Source: Gracilinanus agilis
Lineage: Eukaryota
Direction: 5' to 3'
DNA length: 64,000 bases
Assembly: GCF_016433145.1 (NCBI RefSeq)
Contig: NC_058135.1
Location: forward strand, 276,750,211-276,814,210
Below the pieces are notes generated by a model that worked only from the letters and a program-made list of their open reading frames with translations, was not told the DNA's origin and ran no database searches. The translations under genes and the position numbers were made by a program. Below, in pieces: positions 63,578 through 64,000 of the stretch (the stretch's first letter is position 1; every line of letters starts with the position of its first letter).

Positions 63578-64000
63578 TTTTCATTCATTTTTAACAGTGA
63601 TAGTTCCCATGAACAATGGCTTGAAGAAGCTTCACATATCAGTGTAACAGACCAGAAAATAAGGTTCAAAATATTTCAAAGAAGTGTCTGACTCAGACGA
63701 ATACTTAACTTCATGATCACTAGGCACTCTATATCTGCTTTTGTGAAACTTGGCTTAATGTAATTTCTCACTTTCTTACTTTATCCATGCCAATGAAACT
63801 GTGTACTCATTACTGATATACCTATATGTACGGGTAATAGAGTCTTAAAGATAGAATTCTATCACTTCTGAAGCATATATATTATTAGCCTCTTCCTATT
63901 CAATTTTTCATTCCTATACCTTCATGGTATGCTATGATCAGGAGATATTTTGATTGCTTTCATAATTTGAAGGCCTCATATGAAGTATATTTTTCCTCTT

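Larger units (their letters stand above)
55088..64000 (+). repeat. Segmental duplication block A, copy 2 (runs off window end)
   Basis: Begins aacttgtccc matching 4254 (aaacttgtctc); the last window bases match about 13490-13513. Confidence 0.95.

Noticed and set aside
1-64000. CRISPR arrays, rRNA or prokaryotic systems
   Set aside because: None seen; the sequence is mammalian with spliceosomal signals and marsupial retroelements.

Overview
AT-rich mammalian genomic DNA from a class II olfactory receptor (OR) cluster, almost certainly a didelphid marsupial such as Monodelphis domestica, judged from SINE1_MD-like, MAR1-like and L1_MD-like repeats. It holds three intact single-coding-exon OR ORFs and one pseudogene. 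Two are OR8K-like paralogs (+, 7475-8413 and 57770-58708), one is OR5AL1-like (-, 43951-44910), and the pseudogene is a doubly frameshifted OR8U3/OR5R1-like copy (-, 36439-37396). The second OR8K gene lies in a segmental duplication about 90% identical by eye whose order is permuted: block B (~18455-19164) is joined directly in front of block A (4254-13513+) at 55088. A 151-bp tailless L1 patch sits at the left breakpoint. An older paralogous block (39180-40370 / 52880-54155) carries a conserved O/E-like site, a homeodomain site and a CAG|GTAGGT donor, and is a candidate promoter plus exon 1 for the two minus-strand ORs. A decayed ERV1 provirus (LTR-gag-pro-[AT-rich]-env-PPT-LTR) lies in the predicted OR5AL intron. 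Also present are an L1 with both termini but no RT domain, a 5'-only L1 flanked by a 17-bp TSD, a four-TIR hAT MITE, several solo LTRs and SINEs, and a 364-N gap with 83-bp duplicated flanks. Family names and identities come from recall and by-eye alignment; no database searches were run.
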